From an uncultured Victivallales bacterium (GTDB lineage: Bacteria > Verrucomicrobiota > Lentisphaeria > Oligosphaerales > JAFGRS01), in assembly GCA_903837355.1 (NCBI GenBank), contig CAILUI010000291.1:2476-66475 (forward strand): a stretch of DNA of 64,000 nt, in the 5' to 3' direction. The position numbers were made by a program, and so were the translations under genes. Under the pieces are notes generated by a model, which saw nothing but the letters and a program-made list of their open reading frames with translations, was not told the origin of the DNA and did no database searches. This document shows, one piece after another, positions 47,581 through 56,699 of this stretch (the first letter of the stretch is position 1; each line of letters begins with the position of its first letter).

Positions 47581-50004
47581 TCATTCGAGGAAGAAGGGGG
47601 TTTCCTCGTCGATCAGCCGGTGGGCTGGATCGCGTTTCGCGGGTTTTGCGGGGGGCGTCGCCGGTACGCCTTGCGGCGTTGTCTGGCGCGGTGGTGGCGG
47701 TGTCGCGGGCTCGACTCGCGGGGTCGCGCTGTCATGGGCCGCCCCGGGGCGTTCGCCGCGCCGCTTGCTCGCCGTCACGGGCCGTGACGCCTCGGGGGCC
47801 GGGGGTGCCGCCACGGTCGGGGTCGGCACCACGACAGCCGGAATGACCGGTGTCGCCGCGGGCGGCGGCGCCGCCACTGCGTCCGGGACCGCGGCGGTTG
47901 CCGGCAATTCAGGCACGGGCTCAGTGGCGGTCTCGTCGGGGGGCACGGGCTCCTCCGCGGGTGCCGCGCCACGGTCCACCAGCACCACGCTGTCAACCGG
48001 GTAGCCGCTGACCTTGAAGCCGCGCGCCGTGGCGGCGCGCAACTCGATCTCTGCGAAGGCGACTCGGACGGTATCGACCTGGCGGCGCGCGTTCGGCGTC
48101 AGCACCAGGTCAAGGACGACGCCCTGGTTGGTGTAGAGGGCCTCGATGATGCAGTTCTTGGGCAGAGAGGCGTACTCCTTCTCCATGATGTAGCGGTCGA
48201 TGCGGAAACGCTTTGCGTAGTACGCATGGGTCTGCCGGTCCCGGTACAGGATGGAGTACACCTGGTCGCGCTCGGCACGCAGGAGGTACTTGACCGGCCC
48301 GATGTAGAGCTTTGTAGGGATCGGGATGACCAGGTAGACGCCGTCGTTACGCAGCAGCACCAGCCGGTCAAACTCGCTGCAGAGCAAGGGTGCGTCCGTC
48401 TTACTCGAGTTGCGGATCTCACGGCCCACGAAGTGGTTAGCCCGGTCGTGCCCGACCTTGACATTGCGCAGCGCCACATCGCGTGCGTCGACCTGTTCCA
48501 GGTCCGTGATCTTCGTGCGCCGCGGAAACTGGCTGCCGTATTTCGCCAGGAGGCCCTCAAGGTAGGCCACGGTGAACTCCACCAGATGCTTGAGGTGGTG
48601 CCGCGCTTCCTTCATATCCTCGACGATCTTCTCCAGTTCCTCACGGTTACGGCCGATGTCGAAGCGGGAGATGCGCCGGATCTGGATCTGCAGCAGCTTG
48701 TCGATATCGTCGTTGGTGATGTCCCGCTTGAGTTGGTCGCGGAAGGGGTCCAGGCCGGCGCGGACCTCGGCGACCACGGCCTCGTACGTCTCCGCCTCCT
48801 CAATGCGCTTGTAGATACGGTGCTCGATAAAGAGCTGCACGAGGGTGCGCTCGTGGAAGCGCTCCTGGAGTTTGCTCAGTTCGAGCTCGAGTTCCTGGCG
48901 CAGATAGATGAGCAGTTTCTCGGTATTGCGTCGGACGACCTCGCTGACGGTCATCTCCACGGGCGAATGGTCACGGATGACCATGATGGTCGAGGGCACG
49001 CTGACCTGGCACTCCGTATAGGCGTAGAGCTGCTTGATGGCCTCTTCGGCGTAGACGCCACGCGGCAGCAGGACCTCGATCTCGACACTCTCCGCCGTGT
49101 AGTCGTTGATACCGGCGATCTTAATCTTGTTGCGCCGGGCTGCCTCCTCGATGGAGGCCATAATGGACTCCGTGGTCGTCGTGGCCGGAATCTCGCGGAT
49201 GACGAGCCGCTTGTCGGAGTCGGGCTCGATGCGCGCCCGCAGGACGATGCGGCCCCGGCCGTCGGCGTACTCGCTGACGTCCATCAGGCCGCCCTGCTGG
49301 AAGTCGGGGAAAAGGCGGAACGGCCGATTGCGCAGGATGGCAATCTGCGCCTGCAGCAGTTCGTTGAAGTTGTGCGGCATGATGTGCGTGGTCATGCCGA
49401 CGGCGATGCCCTCAGCCCCCAGCAGCAACAGGGCCGGCACCTTGGCGGGAAGCGTCACGGGCTCACGATTGCGGCCGTCGTAACTATCGGTGAACGCGGT
49501 GATCTCGGGGTTGAACATCACCTCACGGGCGAGCGCGGTCAGCCGGCACTCGATGTAGCGCGCGGCGGAGGCCGGATCGCCGGTGAGGATGTTGCCGAAG
49601 TTGCCCTGACGGTCGATGAAGTACTCTTTACAGGCCAGCCCGACCAGGGCACTGCCGATCGAGGCGTCGCCGTGCGGGTGGTACTGCATGGTGTGGCCGA
49701 TGACGTTGGCCACTTTGTGGAAACGGCCGTCATCCATGACGTGCAGCGAGTGCAGGATCCGGCGCTGCACGGGCTTGAGCCCGTCGTCGACGTCGGGTAT
49801 CGCCCGGTCTTTGATGACGTAGCTGGCATACTCGATGAAGTTCTGCGCCATGAGCTGACGCAGCCCATCCGGGTCGGCCGCCGGGTGCGCCGGCATGGCG
49901 AGCGGCGTGGAGGCATCGCCGTCGCTGTTCGCGGCATCGTCCTCTTCAGGACTGCGGCGGACCACGTCATCGTCGAGGGGTGGGGGGGTAGTTTCGTCGG
50001 CCAT
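47581..50004 (-). CDS. parC: type IIA topoisomerase subunit A (ParC-like, topoisomerase IV/gyrase A family) with Pro/Ala-rich C-terminal tail
   Basis: FIEYASYVIKDRAIPDVDDGLKPVQRRILH, catalytic Tyr context AARYIECRL and a beta-pinwheel CTD. The short paired B subunit suggests topo IV type rather than gyrase; that assignment is an inference. Confidence 0.85.
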   Translation of the reverse strand: MADETTPPPLDDDVVRRSPEEDDAANSDGDASTPLAMPAHPAADPDGLRQLMAQNFIEYASYVIKDRAIPDVDDGLKPVQRRILHSLHVMDDGRFHKVANVIGHTMQYHPHGDASIGSALVGLACKEYFIDRQGNFGNILTGDPASAARYIECRLTALAREVMFNPEITAFTDSYDGRNREPVTLPAKVPALLLLGAEGIAVGMTTHIMPHNFNELLQAQIAILRNRPFRLFPDFQQGGLMDVSEYADGRGRIVLRARIEPDSDKRLVIREIPATTTTESIMASIEEAARRNKIKIAGINDYTAESVEIEVLLPRGVYAEEAIKQLYAYTECQVSVPSTIMVIRDHSPVEMTVSEVVRRNTEKLLIYLRQELELELSKLQERFHERTLVQLFIEHRIYKRIEEAETYEAVVAEVRAGLDPFRDQLKRDITNDDIDKLLQIQIRRISRFDIGRNREELEKIVEDMKEARHHLKHLVEFTVAYLEGLLAKYGSQFPRRTKITDLEQVDARDVALRNVKVGHDRANHFVGREIRNSSKTDAPLLCSEFDRLVLLRNDGVYLVIPIPTKLYIGPVKYLLRAERDQVYSILYRDRQTHAYYAKRFRIDRYIMEKEYASLPKNCIIEALYTNQGVVLDLVLTPNARRQVDTVRVAFAEIELRAATARGFKVSGYPVDSVVLVDRGAAPAEEPVPPDETATEPVPELPATAAVPDAVAAPPPAATPVIPAVVVPTPTVAAPPAPEASRPVTASKRRGERPGAAHDSATPRVEPATPPPPRQTTPQGVPATPPAKPAKRDPAHRLIDEETPFFLE

Positions 50005-50034
50005 GGGCGCTTCCGGCAGTCGACGCGCTCCGCG

Positions 50035-51867
50035 TCAGACCAGGTTCTGCATGATGTAGCTGCGGCGCTCGGGCGTGTTCTTTCCCATGAAGAACTCAAG
50101 CATGGCGGGTACGGTCCGCTGGTTCTCGACGGTGACTTTCAGCAGGCGCATGTCGCCCCCGATGAACTGTCCGAACTCATGGGGCGAAATCTCGCCGAGG
50201 CCCTTGAAGCGGGTGACCTCGCAGGCCCGTCCCAGCTTGGCACAGGCCTGGTCGCGCTCCCTGGCGTCGTAGCAGTATAGAGTCTCACGCTTGTTCCGTA
50301 CCCGGAACAGCGGGGTCTCGAGGATGAAGAGGTGTTCGGATAGGGCCAACTGCTCAAAGAAGGTCAGGAAAAACGTCACCAGCAGGTTGCGGATGTGCAT
50401 GCCATCGACGTCTGCGTCCGTGGCGATGATGACCTTTGAGTAGCGCAGTCCCTCCAGGCCGTCCTCTATGCCCAAGGCGCGCATGATGAAGTACAACTCC
50501 TCGTTGCTGTACATGGTCTTGCGCAGGTGGCCGTAGCAGTTCAGCGGCTTCCCCTTGAGCGAGAAGATGGCCTGCGTTTCCACGTCCCGGCAACTGATCA
50601 TCGACCCCGACGCCGACTGGCCCTCGGTGAGGAAGACCATGGATTCGCCGCCGCGCCACTCCTTGGCTTTGCGGCCGTGCGTGGGGACGTCATCGCTCAG
50701 GTGGTACCGGCAGTCACGCAGTTTCGGGATCTTGAAGCTGGCCTTGCGCGCGTTCTCCTTGGCCTCCTTCTTCACCAACTGGATCTCTTTGCGGACCTTC
50801 TCGTTCTGCTCGATCTTGGCCAGCAGTCTTTCGCGCACCTCATGGTTCTGGTAGAGGTAGCGGGCGACCACATCCTTGACCTTGGCAACGATCTCCGGGC
50901 GGATCTCGGTGTTGCCCAGTTTGTTCTTGGTCTGCGACTCGAACACCGGGTCTTTGAGCTTTACCGCCACCGCCCCAACGACACCATTGCGGACGTCGTC
51001 CGCATCCAGGGTGCGACCGGCGACGTCATTGACGCCCTTCAGAATGCCTTCCCGGAAGGCCGACTCATGTGTGCCGCCGTCGTTGGTGTACTGGCCATTG
51101 ACGAACGAGTAGTACGTCTCCCCAAAACTATTGGTGTGACAGAACGCGAACTCCAGGTAATCCTCTTTGTGGGAGATGATGTCATAGAGCATCTCCTCGT
51201 TGACCTTCTCGCGCAGGAGATCGAGGATGCCGTCGCGGGAGTAGAAGCGTTCGCCGTTGAGATAGAGGGATAGGCCGCTGTTCAGATAGGCGTAGTTCTG
51301 CAACCGCCGGCGCACAAACTTCTCTTCGAAATGGAAACCGGGGAAGTGCTCGGCGCTGGGGACGAACGAGACCGCGGTCCCGGCCGGTTCCGTCGCGCTG
51401 CCCTCACTCTCCGTTTCCATCACGCCCCGCGCGAACGTCACCGAACGAAAGTGGCCATCACGCACGGACCGCACGGTAAAGCGGTCGGACAGTGCGTTGA
51501 CAGCCTTGAGCCCAACCCCGTTGAGGCCGACCGAGTACTGGAAGGCCTCCGTGTTGTACTTACCGCCGGTGTTGATCTGCGAGACGCACTCGACAAGCTT
51601 GCCGAGCGGGATGCCACGCCCGAAGTCGCGAACGGCAGCGCTGCCATCAGGATCGAGGGTCACGTCGATCCGTCGGCCCTGCTTCATGATGAATTCATCG
51701 ACGCTGTTGTCGATGACTTCCTTCAGAAGCAGGTAGATGCCATCATCGGGGTGCTCGCCGTTTCCCAGCCGGCCTACATACATCCCTGGTCGCGTACGGA
51801 TGTGATCCAGGGAGCTAAGGGTCTTGATGTGGCTTTCGTCGTAGCGGGCGTCGTTTGCCTTCGTCAT
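50035..51867 (-). CDS. parE: type IIA topoisomerase subunit B (ParE-like)
   Basis: GHKL ATPase motifs (LDHIRTRPGMYVG, EVIDNSVDE, GLNGVGLKAVNALS), TOPRIM region EGQSASGS, IIATDADVDGMHI and KGLGE. Confidence 0.9.
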   Translation of the reverse strand: MTKANDARYDESHIKTLSSLDHIRTRPGMYVGRLGNGEHPDDGIYLLLKEVIDNSVDEFIMKQGRRIDVTLDPDGSAAVRDFGRGIPLGKLVECVSQINTGGKYNTEAFQYSVGLNGVGLKAVNALSDRFTVRSVRDGHFRSVTFARGVMETESEGSATEPAGTAVSFVPSAEHFPGFHFEEKFVRRRLQNYAYLNSGLSLYLNGERFYSRDGILDLLREKVNEEMLYDIISHKEDYLEFAFCHTNSFGETYYSFVNGQYTNDGGTHESAFREGILKGVNDVAGRTLDADDVRNGVVGAVAVKLKDPVFESQTKNKLGNTEIRPEIVAKVKDVVARYLYQNHEVRERLLAKIEQNEKVRKEIQLVKKEAKENARKASFKIPKLRDCRYHLSDDVPTHGRKAKEWRGGESMVFLTEGQSASGSMISCRDVETQAIFSLKGKPLNCYGHLRKTMYSNEELYFIMRALGIEDGLEGLRYSKVIIATDADVDGMHIRNLLVTFFLTFFEQLALSEHLFILETPLFRVRNKRETLYCYDARERDQACAKLGRACEVTRFKGLGEISPHEFGQFIGGDMRLLKVTVENQRTVPAMLEFFMGKNTPERRSYIMQNLV

Positions 51868-51885
51868 CTCGGTCTCTGACCGCTC

Positions 51886-52149
51886 CTACGGATCCAGAAA
51901 CTCGTCATCCTCATCGTCGAGGTCCTCGTCGGTTTCCAGGTTGTGGCCATGCAAGGCGACGGGGAGATCGGCATCGGCATCGATCTCCGCCTCGGTCGCG
52001 TCACCGGGTTCCTCCGCGAAGTCGTCCATCAACTGCGAGCCGAGTAGGGGCGCACCGCACTCAGGGCACGCGCCGTCGTCGTCCTCAACATCGCTCATCA
52101 ACACCTTACATTCGCAGTAGGGGCAGCGTATCGTTTCCATGGTGGTCAT
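51886..52149 (-). CDS. 87-aa zinc-ribbon protein with strongly acidic tail
   Basis: CPYC-x17-CPEC (IRCPYCECKVLMSDVEDDDGACPECG) followed by a D/E-rich tail (ETDEDLDDEDDEFLDP). It ends 18 nt before parE ATG. Confidence 0.65.
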   Translation of the reverse strand: MTTMETIRCPYCECKVLMSDVEDDDGACPECGAPLLGSQLMDDFAEEPGDATEAEIDADADLPVALHGHNLETDEDLDDEDDEFLDP

Positions 52150-52270
52150 CTCCTGCGTGCTGGTTCAGGCCTCCGTTCTGTCCGTTGCCTGGGAGCTGTT
52201 ACGTGCGGTCAGTGGCCGACCGCCACACGGCAGCGCCCGCGATGGTGGTACGATACACCATTTCCAGCCG

Positions 52271-54205
52271 CTACATCTGCAGTGATAGCAGAAACTCGAT
52301 ATTGTTATTGGTCTTCTTGAGTTTGTTGATGAGCAACTCCATCGCTTCCACCGGCGGGACGCCATTGAGCGCACGGCGCAGGGTCCAAACGCGCTCCAGT
52401 TCGTCGGGGTGCAGCAGCAGTTCCTCACGGCGCGTTCCGCTGCGTTCGATACTGATGGACGGGTAGATGCGCTTGTCGACGAGGTGCCGGTCGAGGTGCA
52501 GTTCCATGTTACCGGTGCCCTTGAACTCCTCAAAGATCACCTCGTCCATGCGACTGCCGGTATCGATGAGGGCGGTGGCCAGGATGGTCAGACTGCCGCC
52601 CTCTTCGATGTTACGGGCCGCCCCGAAGAAGCGTTTCGGCTTGTGCAGTGCGTTAGCGTCCACGCCGCCCGAGAGGATGCGCCCGCTGTGGGGTTCGATG
52701 GTGTTGTAGGCCCGCGCCAGCCGGGTGATGCTGTCGAGCAGGATGACCACGTGCCGCCCGTGCTCTACCTGGCGTTTCGCCTTCTCGATGACCATCTCGG
52801 CAACCTGCACATGCCGGTCTGGCGGCTCGTCGAAGGTGCTGCTGACGACTTCGCCCTTGACCATGCGCCGCATATCGGTGACCTCTTCGGGACGCTCATC
52901 GATGAGCAACACGATGAGGATGATATCGGTGTTGTTCTCGGTAACGCTATTGGCGATCTTCTGCAGCAGTACCGTCTTGCCGGTGCGCGGTGGGGCGACG
53001 ATGAGGCCGCGCTGGCCGCGTCCGACCGGCGTCACAATATCCACCACGCGCATGCTGATCTCGTCCCTGCCGCGCTCGAGGATCAGGCGCTGCGTTGGGA
53101 AGAACGGGGTGAGGTTCTCGTAGGGGACTTTGCCCTTCTTGAGCTCCGGGGCCTCGCCGTTGATGGACTCGACCTTCAGCAGGGCGAAGAAGCGCTCCTT
53201 CTCGCGCGGCTGGCGGATCGCGCCCATCACGGTGTCGCCGGTACGCAGGGAAAAACGCCGGATCTGCGACGGGCTCATGTAGATGTCTTCGGGGCAAGGC
53301 AGGTAGCTGTAGCTGGGGCTGCGCAGGAAACCGAAACCGTCCGGGAGGACCTCGAGGGCACCGCCCCCGTACATGACGCCGTTCTTCTCGTTGCTGGTCT
53401 TCAGAATCTCGAAGATCAGGTCGTGTTTGCTCAGCGAGCCCACGCCCTCGACATTCAGCCCCAGCGCCATCTGGGTGAGTTGGGTCATCTCCGTGTTCTG
53501 CAATACCTGCAGATCCAGATTGGGGTTGACGATGGGATTGGCTTCGATCGGGGCCGACTCCGCGCCGGCCGTGTCACCGGCGAGTTGCGCCATGCCGTTG
53601 CCGGTGGGTTCTGCCGCTGGCGGGGGTGGCTGCAGGGGCTGGCCGGGAGCCTGAACCGGCGGCGGATTGAGGGGCTGGATGAGCCGTGGCGTGACACTGG
53701 GCACCTGGGCACTGCAGTTGCCGTCGACATCGCCGGGACGGGGAGCGCCCGCGGCGGCAGAGCCCAGACGCCCGTCCGCAGACAGGTCACCAACATCCTG
53801 GCGAGGCTCGACCCGGACGCGCCGGAAGCCGCGGTTGTGGGGGTTATCGCTACGGCCCTTGCCGTCACCACCCCTGCTGCCGGGGCCTTGCCGGCGGCCG
53901 CGCGGGTCCGGACGGCCGCCGCTCTGGGGTGCCGGTTCGCGCCCCTGATGTCCACGGTGGCGCTCCCGAGGCGCTCCGCGCTTCTCCTGCGGGGCGCGCC
54001 CGGGGGGGGCCGATGGCGCGCCGTTCTGCAGGGCTCGCTCCGCAGGGGCCGGGGGGGCCGCGTTCTGGGGGGCGCGCTCTGGCGTGGCCGGGGGTGCCGC
54101 GTTCTGGGGGGCCCGCTCTGGCGCGGCCGGAGGTGCCGCGTTTTGGGGGCCGAGATCGCGGTTGGGTGCCACTTCGCCAGCGTTGTTGTCCGAGGACTTC
54201 GCCAT
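52271..54205 (-). CDS. rho: transcription termination factor Rho with ~230-aa low-complexity N-terminal extension
   Basis: Rho_N ([27 protein letters not shown]), CSD-like RNA-binding domain (GFGFLRS), Walker A APPRTGKT and the C-terminal ATPase core. The N-terminal extension is Pro/Ala/Gly/Arg-rich. Confidence 0.95.
   Translation of the reverse strand: MAKSSDNNAGEVAPNRDLGPQNAAPPAAPERAPQNAAPPATPERAPQNAAPPAPAERALQNGAPSAPPGRAPQEKRGAPRERHRGHQGREPAPQSGGRPDPRGRRQGPGSRGGDGKGRSDNPHNRGFRRVRVEPRQDVGDLSADGRLGSAAAGAPRPGDVDGNCSAQVPSVTPRLIQPLNPPPVQAPGQPLQPPPPAAEPTGNGMAQLAGDTAGAESAPIEANPIVNPNLDLQVLQNTEMTQLTQMALGLNVEGVGSLSKHDLIFEILKTSNEKNGVMYGGGALEVLPDGFGFLRSPSYSYLPCPEDIYMSPSQIRRFSLRTGDTVMGAIRQPREKERFFALLKVESINGEAPELKKGKVPYENLTPFFPTQRLILERGRDEISMRVVDIVTPVGRGQRGLIVAPPRTGKTVLLQKIANSVTENNTDIILIVLLIDERPEEVTDMRRMVKGEVVSSTFDEPPDRHVQVAEMVIEKAKRQVEHGRHVVILLDSITRLARAYNTIEPHSGRILSGGVDANALHKPKRFFGAARNIEEGGSLTILATALIDTGSRMDEVIFEEFKGTGNMELHLDRHLVDKRIYPSISIERSGTRREELLLHPDELERVWTLRRALNGVPPVEAMELLINKLKKTNNNIEFLLSLQM
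53954..54148 (-). repeat. in-frame 39-nt tandem repeats (about 5 copies) encoding 13-aa units in the Rho N-terminal extension
   Basis: Peptide units [13 protein letters not shown] / [13 protein letters not shown] / [13 protein letters not shown] / [13 protein letters not shown] / [12 protein letters not shown]. The DNA periodicity is visible on the plus strand (GCCGCGTTCTGGGGGGC recurring). Confidence 0.8.
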
Positions 54206-54285
54206 GTCCCTGTTCCTCTGTTCGTACCTCTACCGTCGAGGCGGTTGACTCCAGGCGCTTTCGCCGAGAGTACGGGAGCGCCTCT

Positions 54286-54864
54286 TCAGGAGGTGAACGT
54301 ATCAAACAGCCAACGGCACTGTTGCCGCAGCATCTCAAGGGGACCCGTGTTGATCACGCCGTAGGTCGCGCGGGTCAGTTTTTCATCCATGCTTATCTGG
54401 CGGGCTTGGCGGGCGCAAATGTCCGACTCCGACCAGCCCCGGCTCAGCAGGCGCGCTTTCTGGGTAGGCGGATCGCACCAGACGGCGACGGTGAACTCCA
54501 TGATCCGCTCCCAACCGGTCTCAAACAGCAACGGCACTCCGCACCACAAGACCCCCTCTGTCAGAGCCGCGACGTCAAGCACGTGCTGCTGGACCAGAGG
54601 ATGTACGAAGTCATTAAGCCACTGCAACTCGTGCTCGTCGCCAAACACTCGTTGCGCGATGGCCGCACGATTGGCCGTACCGTCCGGGTTGAGGACCGCG
54701 CCGCCCCAGCGCCCGACCATGGCCTGGTAGGCCTTCTGCCCAGGCAGGTAGAGCCGGTGTACGACGTCGTCGGCATCCACCACTGCAGCGCCCCACGCCC
54801 GGAAGCAGCTCAAGGCTGTCGACTTGCCGGCAGCCATGCCACCGGTAACACCCACCAGAGTCAT
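54286..54864 (-). CDS. coaE: dephospho-CoA kinase
   Basis: P-loop VGVTGGMAAGKST, and LLFE and VW motif contexts typical of CoaE. Confidence 0.85.
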   Translation of the reverse strand: MTLVGVTGGMAAGKSTALSCFRAWGAAVVDADDVVHRLYLPGQKAYQAMVGRWGGAVLNPDGTANRAAIAQRVFGDEHELQWLNDFVHPLVQQHVLDVAALTEGVLWCGVPLLFETGWERIMEFTVAVWCDPPTQKARLLSRGWSESDICARQARQISMDEKLTRATYGVINTGPLEMLRQQCRWLFDTFTS

Positions 54865-55052
54865 CGCTGGAAAGCTCTCGCCATTACCTGAGGCTGAATG
54901 CAGGGAGTCCTAGTCTGCCGCTCGACCATGGCCTCGCAACAGACAAACAGCCAGCTTAAGAATACCGGGTTTCAGGGGAGAAGCTACCCGTGGTCAGAAT
55001 CCGGGTACTCGATCAGGGATCAGCCCCAAGAGGATCACCGCTTCGTCCGCAC

Positions 55053-55148
55053 TATAGCATGCCCTCTGGAGGGCTGCAAGCGTTGGGCGGAATATAGGGC
55101 CCTCTGGAGGGTTGCAAGCGTTGGGCGGAAATATAGGGCCCTCTTGCC
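55053..55148. repeat. 2.4 copies of a 39-40 bp tandem repeat, each containing a GCCCTC-TG-GAGGGC hairpin
   Basis: Unit A is 55053-55092 (TATAGCATGCCCTCTGGAGGGCTGCAAGCGTTGGGCGGAA). Unit B is 55093-55131 (TATAGGGCCCTCTGGAGGGTTGCAAGCGTTGGGCGGAAA). Partial unit C is 55132-55148. The units abut directly with no spacers. Confidence 0.85.
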
Positions 55149-55260
55149 CCCGCCCTGCCTGTGCTCTACTGTAGGCGTTCGTGGAATGGGAACTCGGGGG
55201 GTGGCCCCCTGGTTCGACTGCTCAGGGGGCTAAGGCCGGGCTGACGGAGAAGGCACTGCC

Positions 55261-55713
55261 ATGCTGAAACATGCCATCAGGATCATCGCGCCCATCGGCG
55301 TCATTCTCCTCCTGCAATCCGGCTGTGCGACGGTTCGACCCAGGCAGCAGGCGGGCGAGGCGCGCATCGTCGCCAAAGAGCTCATCGTGGCTACGAGGAG
55401 CTGGGATGGAAAACCTCTGCCAGCGTATCCGCAGGGTCAGCCTGAGGTCACGATCCGGCGGATCAGCATTCCTGCGGGAGCCCGACTTGACCCGCACCGC
55501 CATCCGGTGATCAACGCTGGAGTCTTGCTGAGCGGGCAACTCACGGTCGTATCTGCGGACGGGAAGACGTTGCATCTGAAAGCCGGAGACCCCGTCGTCG
55601 AGCTGGTGGACACGCAACACTATGGGATCAACGAGGGGAACGTTGCTGCGGAGATCATGGTCTTCTATGCCGGGATCGTAGGCACGCCGATAGCCGTTGG
55701 CAGGCCGCATTGA
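55261..55713 (+). CDS. cupin-domain protein with lipoprotein-like signal peptide
   Basis: MLKHAIRIIAPIGVILLLQSGC (Cys after the hydrophobic core), then cupin motifs ISIPAGARLDPHRHPVINAGVLLSGQLTV and HLKAGDPVVELVDTQHYGINEG. Confidence 0.8.
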   Translation: MLKHAIRIIAPIGVILLLQSGCATVRPRQQAGEARIVAKELIVATRSWDGKPLPAYPQGQPEVTIRRISIPAGARLDPHRHPVINAGVLLSGQLTVVSADGKTLHLKAGDPVVELVDTQHYGINEGNVAAEIMVFYAGIVGTPIAVGRPH

Positions 55714-55754
55714 GGAACGGTCCGCCCAAGCGGAGCCCGTACCGGTGGCAGATC

Positions 55755-56423
55755 ATGGCCCCGATCTGCTTCGACCCGAAATCCAGGAGAGCCCCGATGG
55801 CCCTGAGGATCACACGGGACGGCATCGAACTGATGGGTGCAGCAGCACGGGCCGACTGCCGCCGCGCGGTCGCAGCCGAGGTCTCCCGGATCGCCGTGGA
55901 GCTCGAGCGAGTTCTTGCTCCTCGAGATGGCAGGTACGTCCCGCAGACAACCGTGAACTTCGACTCTGACGGGAGGATATGTACCGTGGTTGACGAGGGC
56001 AGCAGAACCATCCTCATCCACATTCCTCTGTCCTGCATGGAAGCGGACCCCGCCTCTCTCTACCAGCGGAGCTTGAACCTCTCCCACGAACTCGCTCACA
56101 CCCTGACACCTTGCGGGGAACCCGGTAGGGCGACCCTCCTGGACGAAGGTCTGGCCGTCTTCTTCGCGGAGGCATACACGGGGCGCCCAAGCCGTCCTCC
56201 GCGGCGGTACAGGGAAGCGCGTGACCTGGTGAGAATGCTGCTCGCCACCGACAATGGGGTTGTCCGGAGGTTACGAGCCCGGCATCCTGGTAAGAGGATC
56301 TGCGACTACACCGCGCCTGACATCCTGGGGGAAGTGCCAGCCCTTGACCCGAGTGTGGCTGATGATCTGGTCAGGCGCTTCTACTGTGCCTCATCCCGCG
56401 GTACTCGCTTGACCTGCAGGTGA
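55755..56423 (+). CDS. hypothetical protein with HExxH motif (possible metallopeptidase-like)
   Basis: LNLSHELAHTLTP contains HELAH, followed by LDEGLAVFFAEAY (possible third ligand Glu). Start is ATG 55755 or 55797; the track start 55710 is TTG. The gene ends at TGA 56421-56423, and the same frame continues into the next feature. Confidence 0.55.
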   Translation: MAPICFDPKSRRAPMALRITRDGIELMGAAARADCRRAVAAEVSRIAVELERVLAPRDGRYVPQTTVNFDSDGRICTVVDEGSRTILIHIPLSCMEADPASLYQRSLNLSHELAHTLTPCGEPGRATLLDEGLAVFFAEAYTGRPSRPPRRYREARDLVRMLLATDNGVVRRLRARHPGKRICDYTAPDILGEVPALDPSVADDLVRRFYCASSRGTRLTCR

Positions 56424-56672
56424 CACGGGTGGGAATACCGGCTACGGGACGCCACTCTCGATAGGGGCACCGACCAAGCCCTGGCGCTGGCGCCGGTACG
56501 CTCACTCGCTCCGGGCCAGAAGACGGCGGTGACTAACACCTCGCTGCGCCTGGGCCGGCGACTGGCCCCCGGCGAAGTCGTCTACATTACCGCCGAAGCG
56601 GATCCCGACGGCGTCGTGGACGAGGCCGATGAGACCAACAACACGGCGGTGCTGAAGGTGGTGGGGATCTAG
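56424..56672 (+). pseudogene. CARDB-like C-terminal domain remnant, in frame with the preceding ORF after a single TGA
   Basis: There is no start codon. Translation reads ...DRGTDQALALAPVRSLAPGQKTAVTNTSLRLGRRLAPGEVVYITAEADPDGVVDEADETNNTAVLKVVGI*. The ending ADPDxxVxExxExNN is characteristic of CARDB domains as I recall them. A strong terminator follows. Confidence 0.45.
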
Positions 56673-56699
56673 GTCCGGCGGTTCGGTGTTGGAGCTTAC

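Noticed and set aside
54965-55035. GGTCAGAATCCGGG...GGGATCAGCC weakly recalls the conserved SRP (4.5S) RNA helix 8 motif GGUCAGGUCCGGAAGGAAGCAGCC.
   Set aside because: The GNAR tetraloop and symmetric-loop residues are not present, and no extended flanking helix is evident.
55053-55148. Could the tandem repeats be a degenerate CRISPR array?
   Set aside because: The units abut directly with no spacers, there are only 2.4 copies, and no cas genes are in the window.
55195-55260. GGGGGGTGGCCCCCTGGTTCGAC resembles the 5' acceptor/T-like start of tmRNA (GGGGnTG...GGnTTCGAC). The same stretch offers alternative hairpins: GGGGG/CCCCC, and CCCCCTG-11 nt-CAGGGGG at 55206-55230.
   Set aside because: No tag reading frame, pseudoknots or 3' T-arm/CCA end follow. 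The sequence runs within ~65 nt into a well-supported cupin gene with its own GGAG site. It is probably a chance match or a 5'-UTR structure, and I cannot support an RNA gene.
56421-56460. Selenocysteine insertion at the in-frame TGA between the HExxH ORF and the CARDB-like segment.
   Set aside because: No stable SECIS-like stem-loop lies immediately 3' of the UGA, and the context is not a known selenoprotein family. Kept only as a minor alternative in the related finding.
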